The notes under the pieces: model-generated
Databases searched by the model: none
Seen by the model: only the letters and a program-made list of their open reading frames with translations
What the model was told of the DNA's origin: nothing
Translations under genes and position numbers: made by a program
Source: Patescibacteria group bacterium AH-259-L05
GTDB lineage: Bacteria; Patescibacteriota; Patescibacteriia; UBA2591; UBA6264
DNA: 63,570 nucleotides
Direction of reading: 5' to 3'
NCBI GenBank assembly: GCA_027717985.1
Contig: JALLOO010000003.1
Coordinates: 1-63,570 of the forward strand
Part shown: positions 26,880-34,922 of the stretch, piece after piece
How the letters are laid out: every line of letters begins with the position of its first letter
Position numbering within the stretch: position 1 is the first letter of the stretch

Positions 26880-28127
26880 ATGAGAGCAGAACTTAAATTA
26901 AAAATTAAACGTTTTCCATCATCTCCTGGCGTTTATATATTTGAAAACAAAAAGGGGAATATTTTATATATTGGCAGAGCTGCAGTGCTTAAAAAACGAG
27001 TATTGTCTTATTTTCAAAAAAATTTAGATCCGCGCCTCCAAGAGATGGTTGATAAGGCATATAAAATTCGATATAAAAGAGCCGATAGTGTTTTAGAGGC
27101 AATTATTTTGGAGGCAAATTTAATTAAGAAACACTGGCCTAAGTATAATATACGAGAACGAGACAATCGTTCTTTTATTTACATTGTGATTGATACCAAA
27201 GATGAATATCCTCAGCCAGTAATTGTAAGAGGGCGGGAGTTTAAGAAATTTCCATCTCGTGTCCAGATTTTCGGCCCATATAAGAGTTTATCAACGGTAC
27301 AGAGTGCACTTCGTATTATCCGACGTATTTTCCCCTATAGTACATGTAAGCCAGCTAGTGATAGGCCGTGTTTTTATTACGCTGTTGGCATGTGTCCAGG
27401 TGTTTGTATTGGCAAGATCTCACCAGAAGAATACAGGAAAAATATTACTCATATTATCTCAATGCTCCGCGGGCAAAAGAAACAACTTGTTAAAGAACTA
27501 GCTAAAGAAAATCCTTTGCAGGCACGCGCATTGCAACATATTTTTGACGCGTCACTTCTTACTCGATCAAGCTTGAGCAGCAGTTCCTTCCCCCTTGTCA
27601 TCCCGCGCACCCCCTCCTTGTCATCCCGCACTTCGCGCGGAAAGACAGAAAGGGAAGTGCGGGATAACAGAAAAAAGTTTTGCCGAAGAATAGAAGGATA
27701 TGACATATCTCATTTAACAGGGAAAGAGACAGGCGGATCTATGGTAGTTTTTATGGGCAATAAACCAGATAAAAGTCAGTACCGTCTTTTTACGATTAAA
27801 CATGCGCAGCCGCATAATGATCTTGCTGCCTTAGAGGAGGTTATTATAAGGAGGTTGCGTCATACTGAATGGCGTTTTCCTGATTTAATAGTTATTGATG
27901 GCGGCCGTCCGCAGATAACTCACATAAATAAGATTTTACAAGATAAAAGTATAAATATTCCTTTAGTTGGGATTTCAAAGTATGGAGGTGATAAATTAGT
28001 GTTTGCGAGCAATATAAAAAAGTCATTAAAAGAGCTTATTCGATCTATGAAGCCCACACTTCTCCAAGTACGAAATGAAGCTCATCGCTTTGCCATAACC
28101 TTTAGTCGCAAAAAAAGAAAACTATGA
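26880..28127 (+). CDS. uvrC: excinuclease ABC subunit C (short form, with internal repeat-derived insert)
   Basis: GIY-YIG N-terminus (GVYIFENKKGNILYIGRA), RIEGYDISH and VRNEAHRFAITFSRKKR. 415 aa, with no C-terminal HhH region visible. Confidence 0.88.
   Translation: MRAELKLKIKRFPSSPGVYIFENKKGNILYIGRAAVLKKRVLSYFQKNLDPRLQEMVDKAYKIRYKRADSVLEAIILEANLIKKHWPKYNIRERDNRSFIYIVIDTKDEYPQPVIVRGREFKKFPSRVQIFGPYKSLSTVQSALRIIRRIFPYSTCKPASDRPCFYYAVGMCPGVCIGKISPEEYRKNITHIISMLRGQKKQLVKELAKENPLQARALQHIFDASLLTRSSLSSSSFPLVIPRTPSLSSRTSRGKTEREVRDNRKKFCRRIEGYDISHLTGKETGGSMVVFMGNKPDKSQYRLFTIKHAQPHNDLAALEEVIIRRLRHTEWRFPDLIVIDGGRPQITHINKILQDKSINIPLVGISKYGGDKLVFASNIKKSLKELIRSMKPTLLQVRNEAHRFAITFSRKKRKL
27585..27670. 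repeat. TTGTCAT[T/C]CC palindromic repeat (copy G) inside uvrC
   Basis: CCCCCTTGTCATCCCGCG, CTCCTTGTCATCCCGCACTTC-(20 nt)-GAAGTGCGGGATAACAG, including a 12-bp perfect stem. It is translated in frame as ...SSFPLVIPRTPSLSSRTSRGKTEREVRDNR... Confidence 0.85.
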
Positions 28128-28729
28128 GGTCTAATTACATAGTTGCTGAAAATAAAAGATTTTGTTTTAATGATAGTATGAAGACAGTGATAATAATTTT
28201 AATTGTAATAATAATTGCAGCTGGAGTTTATTTTTTCTTTATAAAATCAGAAGAAATAGAGCCCCAGTCAGCATTAACGCAAACAAGTATGAATATTTCA
28301 TCTTCGGCATTTGAACATAATAGTTCTATGCCTACAAAATATACATGTGATGGCGATGATATTAATCCTGATTTGATATTTTCAGATATACCAGAAGAGG
28401 CCAAAAGCTTAGCTCTTATTATGGATGATCCTGATGCACCTATGGGCACCTGGGTTCATTGGACAGTATGGAATATATCTGCGCAAACAACTGAGATTGC
28501 CCAAAACAGTATACCTGATGACGTAGTTGAGGGAAAACAAAGTTGGGGCAAGTCTGGTTATGGCGGTCCTTGTCCGCCTTCTGGCACACATCGATACTTT
28601 TTTAAATTGTATGCACTGGATACCACGCTTGATTTATCTTCCGAAGCAGACAAAGCTGAATTGGTCAACGCGATGAAGGATCACATTATAGCGCAGGCAG
28701 AGTTAATTGGCCTATATCAACGTCAATAA
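28124..28729 (+). CDS. PEBP / YbhB-YbcL family protein, N-terminal anchor
   Basis: YTCDGDDINPDL, LIMDDPDAP, WVHW and GYGGPCPPSGTHRYFFKLYALD. The ATGA start overlaps the uvrC stop. An alternative start is MKTVIII at 28178. Confidence 0.85.
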   Translation: MRSNYIVAENKRFCFNDSMKTVIIILIVIIIAAGVYFFFIKSEEIEPQSALTQTSMNISSSAFEHNSSMPTKYTCDGDDINPDLIFSDIPEEAKSLALIMDDPDAPMGTWVHWTVWNISAQTTEIAQNSIPDDVVEGKQSWGKSGYGGPCPPSGTHRYFFKLYALDTTLDLSSEADKAELVNAMKDHIIAQAELIGLYQRQ

Positions 28730-28730
28730 A

Positions 28731-29525
28731 ATGACAATATTCCAAGGAAAAGTGTACAAGGTGGTTAAAACAATACCACGAGGAAGTGTTTTAACGTATA
28801 AACAGGTAGCAAAGAAAGCAGGAAACCCACGAGCATATCGAGCCGTGGGTAATATTTTACATGAAAATATTGATCCTCAAGTTCCGTGCCATCGCGTGAT
28901 TTGCTCTGATGGAACAATTGGCGGCTATAGACATGGGAAAAGAAGAAAATCACAACTTTTACAACAAGAGGGCGCATACCCTTTTTTTGTCATCCCTTCC
29001 TCAAAGAGCAGAAGCGTTTTATCCCAAACATTTTTTGATAAATCAGCAGTAAAAGCAGCAAAAGCGCTGTTAGAAAAGTTTTTAGTCAGAAAGTATTATG
29101 GTAAAGAACTGAGTTTGATGATTACAGAAGTTGAGGCATATGATGGCTTTCAGGACAAAGCATCACATGCCAGTTACGGCAGGACTGAGCGAAATAAAAT
29201 AATGTTTGAAGGTCCTGGTATATGGTATGTGTATTTTATTTATGGCACTCATTGGATGTTAAACATTGTGACCGGAAAAAAGAATTATCCAGCAGCAGTA
29301 TTAATACGAGGAACAAAAGAGATACAAGGGCCCGGCAGGATTACCAAATATTTGCATATTGATAAACGGTTTAATGGATTGCCGGCGAATAAAGACAGTG
29401 GTTTGTGGATTGAAGATAGGGAAATTAAAATAAAGCGAACACAGATTCAAGCACGTCCGCGAATCGGCGTTGATTATGCCGGTATGTGGGCATATAAACC
29501 ATATCGATTTAAGATTAAGGGTTGA
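28731..29525 (+). CDS. fusion: MGMT/Ogt C-terminal (alkyl-acceptor) domain + 3-methyladenine DNA glycosylase (Mpg/AAG family)
   Basis: The N-terminal part has ...YKQVAKKAGNPRAYRAVGNIL...VPCHRVICSDGTIGGY (PCHR active site). The C-terminal part has ITEVEAYDG..DKASHA..GRTERNKIMF..PG..YVYFIYG.HWMLNIV. It is one uninterrupted frame. Confidence 0.8.
   Translation: MTIFQGKVYKVVKTIPRGSVLTYKQVAKKAGNPRAYRAVGNILHENIDPQVPCHRVICSDGTIGGYRHGKRRKSQLLQQEGAYPFFVIPSSKSRSVLSQTFFDKSAVKAAKALLEKFLVRKYYGKELSLMITEVEAYDGFQDKASHASYGRTERNKIMFEGPGIWYVYFIYGTHWMLNIVTGKKNYPAAVLIRGTKEIQGPGRITKYLHIDKRFNGLPANKDSGLWIEDREIKIKRTQIQARPRIGVDYAGMWAYKPYRFKIKG
28979..29010. repeat. half-copy of the TTGTCAT[T/C]CC repeat (copy H) at the Ogt/Mpg domain junction
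   Basis: ACCCTTTTTTTGTCATCCCTTCC, translated as PFFVIPSS. Confidence 0.6.
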
Positions 29526-29550
29526 CTTTTTTGATGAATTTGTTATTATA
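29522..29550 (+). promoter_or_regulatory. promoter of small-paralog operon 1
   Basis: TTGACT, 17 nt spacer, ATTATA. The promoter plus leader is homologous to 30175-30236. Confidence 0.55.
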
Positions 29551-29583
29551 AGAATGTAAATGTTCATCATGAAAGGAGAAGTC

Positions 29584-29802
29584 ATGGGAGAGAAGATTAA
29601 TTTTACTGTGCCAGTAGGATTCAATTTAGAGGTGACATTAGAGCGTTCAGGTAGTAGAATTGTTGTGAAAGGATTGGAAACTAAGATAGGACTAAGTTTT
29701 TCTGATACAAAAACCGTGAGGGAGATTACGGAGACTATACAGCAGTTCTTTGGTAAGCACTGTGCTCGATCATTAACACAGCATCTTTTAGAAACACTGT
29801 AA
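29584..29802 (+). CDS. small hypothetical protein (paralog family member 1)
   Basis: 72 aa from the ATG after GAAAGGAGAAGTC. The C-terminal ...ITETIQQFF....LTQHLLETL resembles the tails of the next two genes. Confidence 0.5.
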   Translation: MGEKINFTVPVGFNLEVTLERSGSRIVVKGLETKIGLSFSDTKTVREITETIQQFFGKHCARSLTQHLLETL

Positions 29803-29829
29803 GATAACTATTTTTGAAAGGGGAAAGTC

Positions 29830-30153
29830 ATGGAACTAACAAAACATATAGTATCGTCATGGATAGTGTCACCGCTTGAAATGCAGGCACAGGTGAGCCA
29901 TTGCAACAAAGGGATAACAAAGGGCTCTCATCAAGAATATACCGAAGTCGAGCTTAAATGGCCTACCTGTAAGCTGGTGACAAGTGTTGATGGACTTAAG
30001 TGCAAAGAAGAGGTTGATGGCGTTATAAAGACCTTGGTCAGAAAAAATCTGCTCGGTAAGGCAAGGACATTGCTTTTAGATATGTTGGGCGATGATGATG
30101 AAGGAGGAATTTCTTTTTTTGAAGACAATAAGGAAGGGGGTCAGCCAAACTGA
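29830..30153 (+). CDS. small hypothetical protein (paralog family member 2)
   Basis: 107 aa, RBS GAAAGGGGAAAG. EVELKWPTCKLVTSVDGLKCKEEVDGVIKTLVRKNLLGKARTLLLDML aligns with member 3. Confidence 0.55.
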   Translation: MELTKHIVSSWIVSPLEMQAQVSHCNKGITKGSHQEYTEVELKWPTCKLVTSVDGLKCKEEVDGVIKTLVRKNLLGKARTLLLDMLGDDDEGGISFFEDNKEGGQPN

Positions 30154-30163
30154 TCCCCTTTTT
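30136..30163 (+). terminator. intrinsic terminator (copy 1 of duplicated terminator)
   Basis: GGGGGTCA-GCCAAAC-TGATCCCC followed by TTTTT. It overlaps the last codons (GGQPN*) of member 2. Confidence 0.75.
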
Positions 30164-30174
30164 ATAAAATGCCC

Positions 30175-30203
30175 TTGACTTTTTTCAAAAATCTGTCATC
30201 ATG
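30175..30203 (+). promoter_or_regulatory. promoter of small-paralog gene 3
   Basis: TTGACT, 17 nt spacer, ATCATG (weak -10). Homologous to the promoter at 29522. Confidence 0.45.
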
Positions 30204-30236
30204 GAAGAGTAAACGTTCATAAGAAAGGAGGAAGTT

Positions 30237-30485
30237 ATGGAGAACGAGAAATCATTTATCATGGCCATTGAGCTTAAAGTATCGTATTCATACGTGACAC
30301 TCGGTGACGAGGGACAACCACGAAGTGTTGATGCAACGAGAGTTGAGCTTGACTGGCCAGGACATCATATTATAAATTGTATCGACGGTTTGAAACAGGA
30401 AGAAGATATTGTTCAGGCAGTGACAACGTTAGTAAGAGAAGATCAATTGCACAAAGCGGATCAACTTTTGCATACGTTGCTATAA
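30237..30485 (+). CDS. small hypothetical protein (paralog family member 3)
   Basis: 82 aa, RBS AAAGGAGGAAG. RVELDWPGHHIINCIDGLKQEEDIVQAVTTLVREDQLHKADQLLHTLL. Confidence 0.55.
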   Translation: MENEKSFIMAIELKVSYSYVTLGDEGQPRSVDATRVELDWPGHHIINCIDGLKQEEDIVQAVTTLVREDQLHKADQLLHTLL

Positions 30486-30497
30486 TCTCTGACAGAA

Positions 30498-30524
30498 GGG
30501 GGTCAGCCAAACTGACCTCTTTTT
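30498..30524 (+). terminator. intrinsic terminator (copy 2 of duplicated terminator)
   Basis: GGGGGTCAG-CCAAA-CTGACCTCT followed by TTTT. Confidence 0.75.
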
Positions 30525-30554
30525 AGTATAGAGTTTTTATGCTAAGATAGAGAT

Positions 30555-31520
30555 ATGCAGGTTATTGAGGCTAAAAATCAAAAAGAGTGGGATGAGTTTA
30601 TAATCTCTAATAGGAGTCAATTTTTGCAATCCTGGGTATGGGGGGAATTTCAAAAAAAGTTAGGCAGAAGAATTTGGCGATTAGGAGTTGTAGATAGGGG
30701 CAGCGTTATTGGACAGGCATTACTTGTTAAACATATATTACCATTAGGAAAAAGTTATTTTTATTGTCCTCGCGGCCCGCTTTTTAGTTCCTCACCTGAT
30801 AAAAAAGCATTGGAGATACTTTTTAATAAAATTAAAGAATTGGCAAAGCAGGAAAATATAATTTTTTTTCGTTTTGAGCCATTAGATCAAAATTTTTTAT
30901 CTATAGTTTATAGTTTAAGGTTTAAAGTGGTCGCTGTGCGGCCAGTCCAACCATCCCAAACATTAATTTTAGACATTACAAAGTTAGAAGATGAGCTTTT
31001 ATCTGGCATGCATGAGAAAATTAGATATAATATTCGTTTAGCCAAGCGTCGAGGAGTTGAAATAGGCGAGAGCAATGATGTTAAAGCATTTTTATCTTTA
31101 CTTCATCAAACAGCAAGGCGAGAGAAATTTAAGCCTCATCCAGATGTATATTATTCTAAGTTATTAGATATTGGCCCACATTTTATTAAGCTATATACTG
31201 CTACCTATAAAGGAAAGATTTTAGCTGTACATATGATGATTTTTTTGGGCAACACAACTACGTATGTTCACGGCGCTTCATCGCGAGAATACAAAGAGGT
31301 GATGGCGCCGCATTTGCTTCATTGGTATACGATTCAAACAGCCAAACAAAAAGGGTATCAATGGTATGACTTGTGGGGCATTGATGAAAAAAAATGGCCA
31401 GGGTTAACTAGATTTAAAAAAGGTTTTGGCGGCAAGAGTATTACCTATCCTGGTACGTTTGAAATACCTTTTTTTCAATCATGGTATAGGCTATATCGAT
31501 TAGGCAAAATATTTGTATGA
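30555..31520 (+). CDS. FemAB-family peptidoglycan bridge-forming aminoacyltransferase
   Basis: FLQSWVWGEFQKKLG..., YCPRGP, TTYVHGASS..., APHLLHW pattern, 321 aa. Confidence 0.75.
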   Translation: MQVIEAKNQKEWDEFIISNRSQFLQSWVWGEFQKKLGRRIWRLGVVDRGSVIGQALLVKHILPLGKSYFYCPRGPLFSSSPDKKALEILFNKIKELAKQENIIFFRFEPLDQNFLSIVYSLRFKVVAVRPVQPSQTLILDITKLEDELLSGMHEKIRYNIRLAKRRGVEIGESNDVKAFLSLLHQTARREKFKPHPDVYYSKLLDIGPHFIKLYTATYKGKILAVHMMIFLGNTTTYVHGASSREYKEVMAPHLLHWYTIQTAKQKGYQWYDLWGIDEKKWPGLTRFKKGFGGKSITYPGTFEIPFFQSWYRLYRLGKIFV

Positions 31521-32446
31521 TTTCTTTTATTTTATCAATGCTCCTTATTTTAACTTCTTCTCCTGTATTGAATCAGACAATTTTTTTACATAACAGTATA
31601 GAGCAAGACATACGTAAAGAAATAACATTTCCCTATTCATTAGGCCCCAAATTAACTGCGCAAAGCGCACTTGTTGTTGACCTTGAATCAGACATTGAAT
31701 TGTTTTCTAAAAATTCGCACGCAGTTTTGCCAATTGCAAGTATTACCAAATTGATGACTGCACTGGTATTTTTAGAGAACAAAACAAAACTATGGGATGA
31801 TATTATTACGGTTGAACAAAATGATTTGATTATACAAAAAGAATCCCCGTATACAGGAAGATTAGAAGAAAAAATACAAAGCACACTTGAGCCAGCTGGG
31901 CTGGATATAGAAGTAGGGGATAGATTAGCTGTTCATGATATATTTTATGGCGGGTTGATTAAATCGGCAAATAATGCCATAAAGATTCTAACCCGTTTAA
32001 CGTATGTTGATGACGGAAAAACATTTGTAGATCTCATGAACGAAAAAGCGCATGAGTTTGAAATGAACAATACACATTTTGTTGAACCAACAGGTCTGAG
32101 TCCTAAAAATTATTCAACAGCTCAGGATTTGGTTAAGCTCATAAAAGAAGCTATGAAGCGTGATGAAATAAAGCAAGCGATGAGCAACAAGATTTATGAT
32201 GTTACCATTGTAGGTGTAGATGGCAAAAAAAGATATCAGCGAGTCTATAGCACTAATAAGTTATTAGGGAGTTTTGTTAATTTAGTTGGTGCAAAAACAG
32301 GATATTTAGATGAAAGTGGATATTGTTTTACAGGATTGAGTGAATATAATAATCGTAAACTCGCCGTTATTATATTAGGAGCAGCTTCAGATTATGATCG
32401 TTTTCAAGAAGTAAAAAGTTTACTATGGTGGACATCTTCACCATAG
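31517..32446 (+). CDS. D-alanyl-D-alanine carboxypeptidase (peptidase S11)
   Basis: SxxK motif PIASITKLMT, SAN(N) motif and KTGY (KTG) motif, with a signal/anchor. Confidence 0.8.
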   Translation: MISFILSMLLILTSSPVLNQTIFLHNSIEQDIRKEITFPYSLGPKLTAQSALVVDLESDIELFSKNSHAVLPIASITKLMTALVFLENKTKLWDDIITVEQNDLIIQKESPYTGRLEEKIQSTLEPAGLDIEVGDRLAVHDIFYGGLIKSANNAIKILTRLTYVDDGKTFVDLMNEKAHEFEMNNTHFVEPTGLSPKNYSTAQDLVKLIKEAMKRDEIKQAMSNKIYDVTIVGVDGKKRYQRVYSTNKLLGSFVNLVGAKTGYLDESGYCFTGLSEYNNRKLAVIILGAASDYDRFQEVKSLLWWTSSP

Positions 32447-32464
32447 AAATGATATAATGTTATT

Positions 32465-32923
32465 ATGATTCCTGAATTAAAAACGATTCTCTTGGCAATG
32501 ACGCCTATTAATGAACTTCGCGGAACTATTCCAATAAGTATTACTATTTTTAATTTATCCGTGTTTAAAACATTTTTCTTGGCAGTGATAGGTAATATGA
32601 TCCCGATTTTTTTTCTTCTCTGGTTTTGGAAAGCATTATCAAAGACGTTGACGAGAAGGAGTAAAGCCATTAATCACGTAGTTACGTGGATTTTTAAAAG
32701 AACACGTAAGCGGTTTTACAAAAAATATAGTTCGTATGGTGACCTAGCCTTGATTTTATTGGTTGCTATCCCACTTCCCTTTACCGGGGCATGGACAGGA
32801 ACTGTTGCAGCGTTTTTATTTGGCATCCCGTATTGGCGAAGTCTGGGACTCATATTTGTTGGCGTGCTTATCGCAGGGTTTGTCGTGACCATGGCAACGT
32901 TGGGAATAATTTCAATAATTTGA
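32465..32923 (+). CDS. small multidrug-export-like membrane protein (Sm_multidrug_ex/COG2426-like)
   Basis: 152 aa, 4 TM segments, NELRGTIPISI N-terminal motif. Family assignment from memory. Confidence 0.5.
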   Translation: MIPELKTILLAMTPINELRGTIPISITIFNLSVFKTFFLAVIGNMIPIFFLLWFWKALSKTLTRRSKAINHVVTWIFKRTRKRFYKKYSSYGDLALILLVAIPLPFTGAWTGTVAAFLFGIPYWRSLGLIFVGVLIAGFVVTMATLGIISII

Positions 32924-33000
32924 AGTGAGGGCCAAAAGAAAAATTCATTTTTCTTTTGCGCCCGAGCGAAAATTTCAAGCTTTGCTTATAATTTAAACAT

Positions 33001-33786
33001 ATGAAGCGCAAAATTATTATTGCAAATTGGAAAATGCGTCCTAATCTTCGTGAAAGTCAGAATTTAGTTAAAGGCGTATTAAAATATTTGAAAAAATCAA
33101 AAAAGAAAAAGAAATTGTCTAAACTTGATATTGTTGTATGTCCTTCATTTACCAGTTTATCAGCCGTTCCTCAAATGTCGAAATTTAAAGTATTACGTAA
33201 TGTGTTTTTAGGAGCGCAGGATTGTTTTTGGGAGGAGAAAGGTGAGTTTACGGGAGAGATTTCACCAGCCTGGCTAAAAGAGGTTGGATGCAAGTATGTG
33301 ATTTTAGGACATTCAGAACGGCGCCGCTATTTAAGCGAAACTGATGAGATGGTTCATAAAAAAATTAAGGCTTCATTAAATGCAGGTCTGATTCCCATTA
33401 TCTGTGTTGGCGAGACCCTTGACCAACGGCGCCGTGGACTTAAAGAGTATGTCATATTAGAGCAAGTATCGCAGGCATTGAGCGGCGTCTCAATAGATAA
33501 AAAACAGAAAATTATTATTGCCTATGAGCCCGTATGGGTAATTGGATCAGGGCATGCAATAGGTCCGGAAGAGGCTGAATATATGAATAAGATTATATTA
33601 CAGCGGACCATTGACCTTTTCCCCTTAGATGTTGTTAAAAATAATATTCGCGTTGTTTATGGTGGGAGTGTTGATCATGACAATGTTAAATCATTTGTTG
33701 ATCAAGATACAGTTGACGGCGCGTTAGTCGGCGGCGCGTCTTTAAAAGCAAAAGAGTTTATTAAAATTTGTGAAGCTATATGCTAG
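33001..33786 (+). CDS. tpiA: triosephosphate isomerase
   Basis: IIANWKM, ILGHSERR, AYEPVWVIGSG and GGASL motifs. Confidence 0.93.
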   Translation: MKRKIIIANWKMRPNLRESQNLVKGVLKYLKKSKKKKKLSKLDIVVCPSFTSLSAVPQMSKFKVLRNVFLGAQDCFWEEKGEFTGEISPAWLKEVGCKYVILGHSERRRYLSETDEMVHKKIKASLNAGLIPIICVGETLDQRRRGLKEYVILEQVSQALSGVSIDKKQKIIIAYEPVWVIGSGHAIGPEEAEYMNKIILQRTIDLFPLDVVKNNIRVVYGGSVDHDNVKSFVDQDTVDGALVGGASLKAKEFIKICEAIC

Positions 33787-34649
33787 TTCATATTAAAGAT
33801 TTGGTAAAAAAAACAGAAAAAGGCAAGTATGCCTTAGGCGCTTTTAATACCTTTAACCTTGAGATAACATTAGGGATTGTAAAAGGTGCAATGGAAGCGC
33901 AAGCACCAATTATTATTCAGATAAGTGAAACAACACTCAACTATGCAGGAGTGAAGGCTATTACCCATATTGTAAAAACAATTGCAAAAAATCAAGCCAA
34001 TAATATTCCCATTGCGCTTCACTTAGATCATGGCAAAAGTTTTTCGGCAGTAATGGAGTGTGTAAAAGCAGGTTTTTCTTCAATTATGATTGATGCTTCA
34101 AATTTACCCTTTGATGAGAATATTACGGTTACACAAAAATCAGTACAGTATGCGCATCGTCATGGCGTGTGGGCCCAAGGAGAGCTGGGGAAAATAGTAA
34201 AAGAAAAAAAAGAAATTGAACATTTAGTACAACATCCAGAAAAATTTTTAACTGATCCAGATCAGGCACAGGAATTTGTTAAAAAAACAAAGATTGATGC
34301 GTTGGCTGTATCAGTAGGAAATGTTCACGGAGTTTATAAATTAGAACATAAAGCGCCAGTCCTTGATTTAAAACGGTTGGCTGAAATCGGTAAAAAAGTT
34401 GATGTTCCTTTGGTATTGCATGGAGCGTCTAAGATACCTGCGGATTCTCTTAAAAAAGCAATTAAGCTTGGTGTAAGAATTATCAACATTGACACGGAAA
34501 CACGACATGCGTTTAAACAAAGCCTACTTCAGTCCTTGAAAAAACGAGGGGAGTATGACCCGCGAAAATTTTTATCACCAACTATTGATGCAGTTGCTAA
34601 GGTTATAAAGGAGAAGATTATAATGTTTGGCAGTGCAGGAAAAGTATAA
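33780..34649 (+). CDS. fba: class II fructose-bisphosphate aldolase
   Basis: YALGAFNTFNLE, LHLDHG, GNVHG and LVLHGAS motifs. Confidence 0.9.
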   Translation: MLVHIKDLVKKTEKGKYALGAFNTFNLEITLGIVKGAMEAQAPIIIQISETTLNYAGVKAITHIVKTIAKNQANNIPIALHLDHGKSFSAVMECVKAGFSSIMIDASNLPFDENITVTQKSVQYAHRHGVWAQGELGKIVKEKKEIEHLVQHPEKFLTDPDQAQEFVKKTKIDALAVSVGNVHGVYKLEHKAPVLDLKRLAEIGKKVDVPLVLHGASKIPADSLKKAIKLGVRIINIDTETRHAFKQSLLQSLKKRGEYDPRKFLSPTIDAVAKVIKEKIIMFGSAGKV

Positions 34650-34650
34650 A

Positions 34651-34775
34651 ACTCCTTTTGTCATTCCGCGCGATCCTTTCCCCCTTTGTCATTCCTCGTG
34701 ATCCTTTTTTTTGTCATCTCGAGCAGTTCTTTCCCTTTTGTCATTCCTCGCTCGTTCCACGAGTGAGGAATCAAC
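34651..34775. repeat. TTGTCAT[T/C]CC palindromic repeat cluster (copy I)
   Basis: Four forward cores (TTTTGTCATTCCGCG, CTTTGTCATTCCTCG, TTTTGTCATCTCGAG, TTTTGTCATTCCTCGCTCGT) and a closing ACGAGTGAGGAATCA. Confidence 0.85.
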
Positions 34776-34787
34776 CTAACAGCGCCC

Positions 34788-34816
34788 TTGCTTTTTTCAA
34801 AAATTTAGGTTAAAAT
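34788..34816 (+). promoter_or_regulatory. promoter of the tRNA-Thr/Tyr pair
   Basis: TTGCTT, 17 nt spacer, TAAAAT, 15 nt upstream of tRNA-Thr. Confidence 0.55.
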
Positions 34817-34830
34817 AGGTTTATTCATGC

Positions 34831-34907
34831 GCCGAGATAGCTCAGTTGGCTAGAGCGTTTGCATGGTAAGCAAAAGGTCCCGGGTTCGAGTCCCGGTCTC
34901 GGCTCCA
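34831..34907 (+). tRNA. tRNA-Thr (GGU), CCA encoded
   Basis: Acceptor GCCGAGA/TCTCGGC, anticodon stem TTTGC/GCAAA with loop ATGGTAA, T-arm CCGGG-TTCGAGT-CCCGG, then TCCA. Confidence 0.9.
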
Positions 34908-34922
34908 TTAATTAAATATTTT

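Noticed and set aside
34651-34775. Possibility that the clustered short repeats (also at 15786-15902 and 50161-50305) are CRISPR arrays
   Set aside because: Unit spacing is irregular (about 10-40 nt). Units occur in both orientations as self-complementary pairs. Copies are scattered singly, including inside genes, and no cas genes or leader are present.
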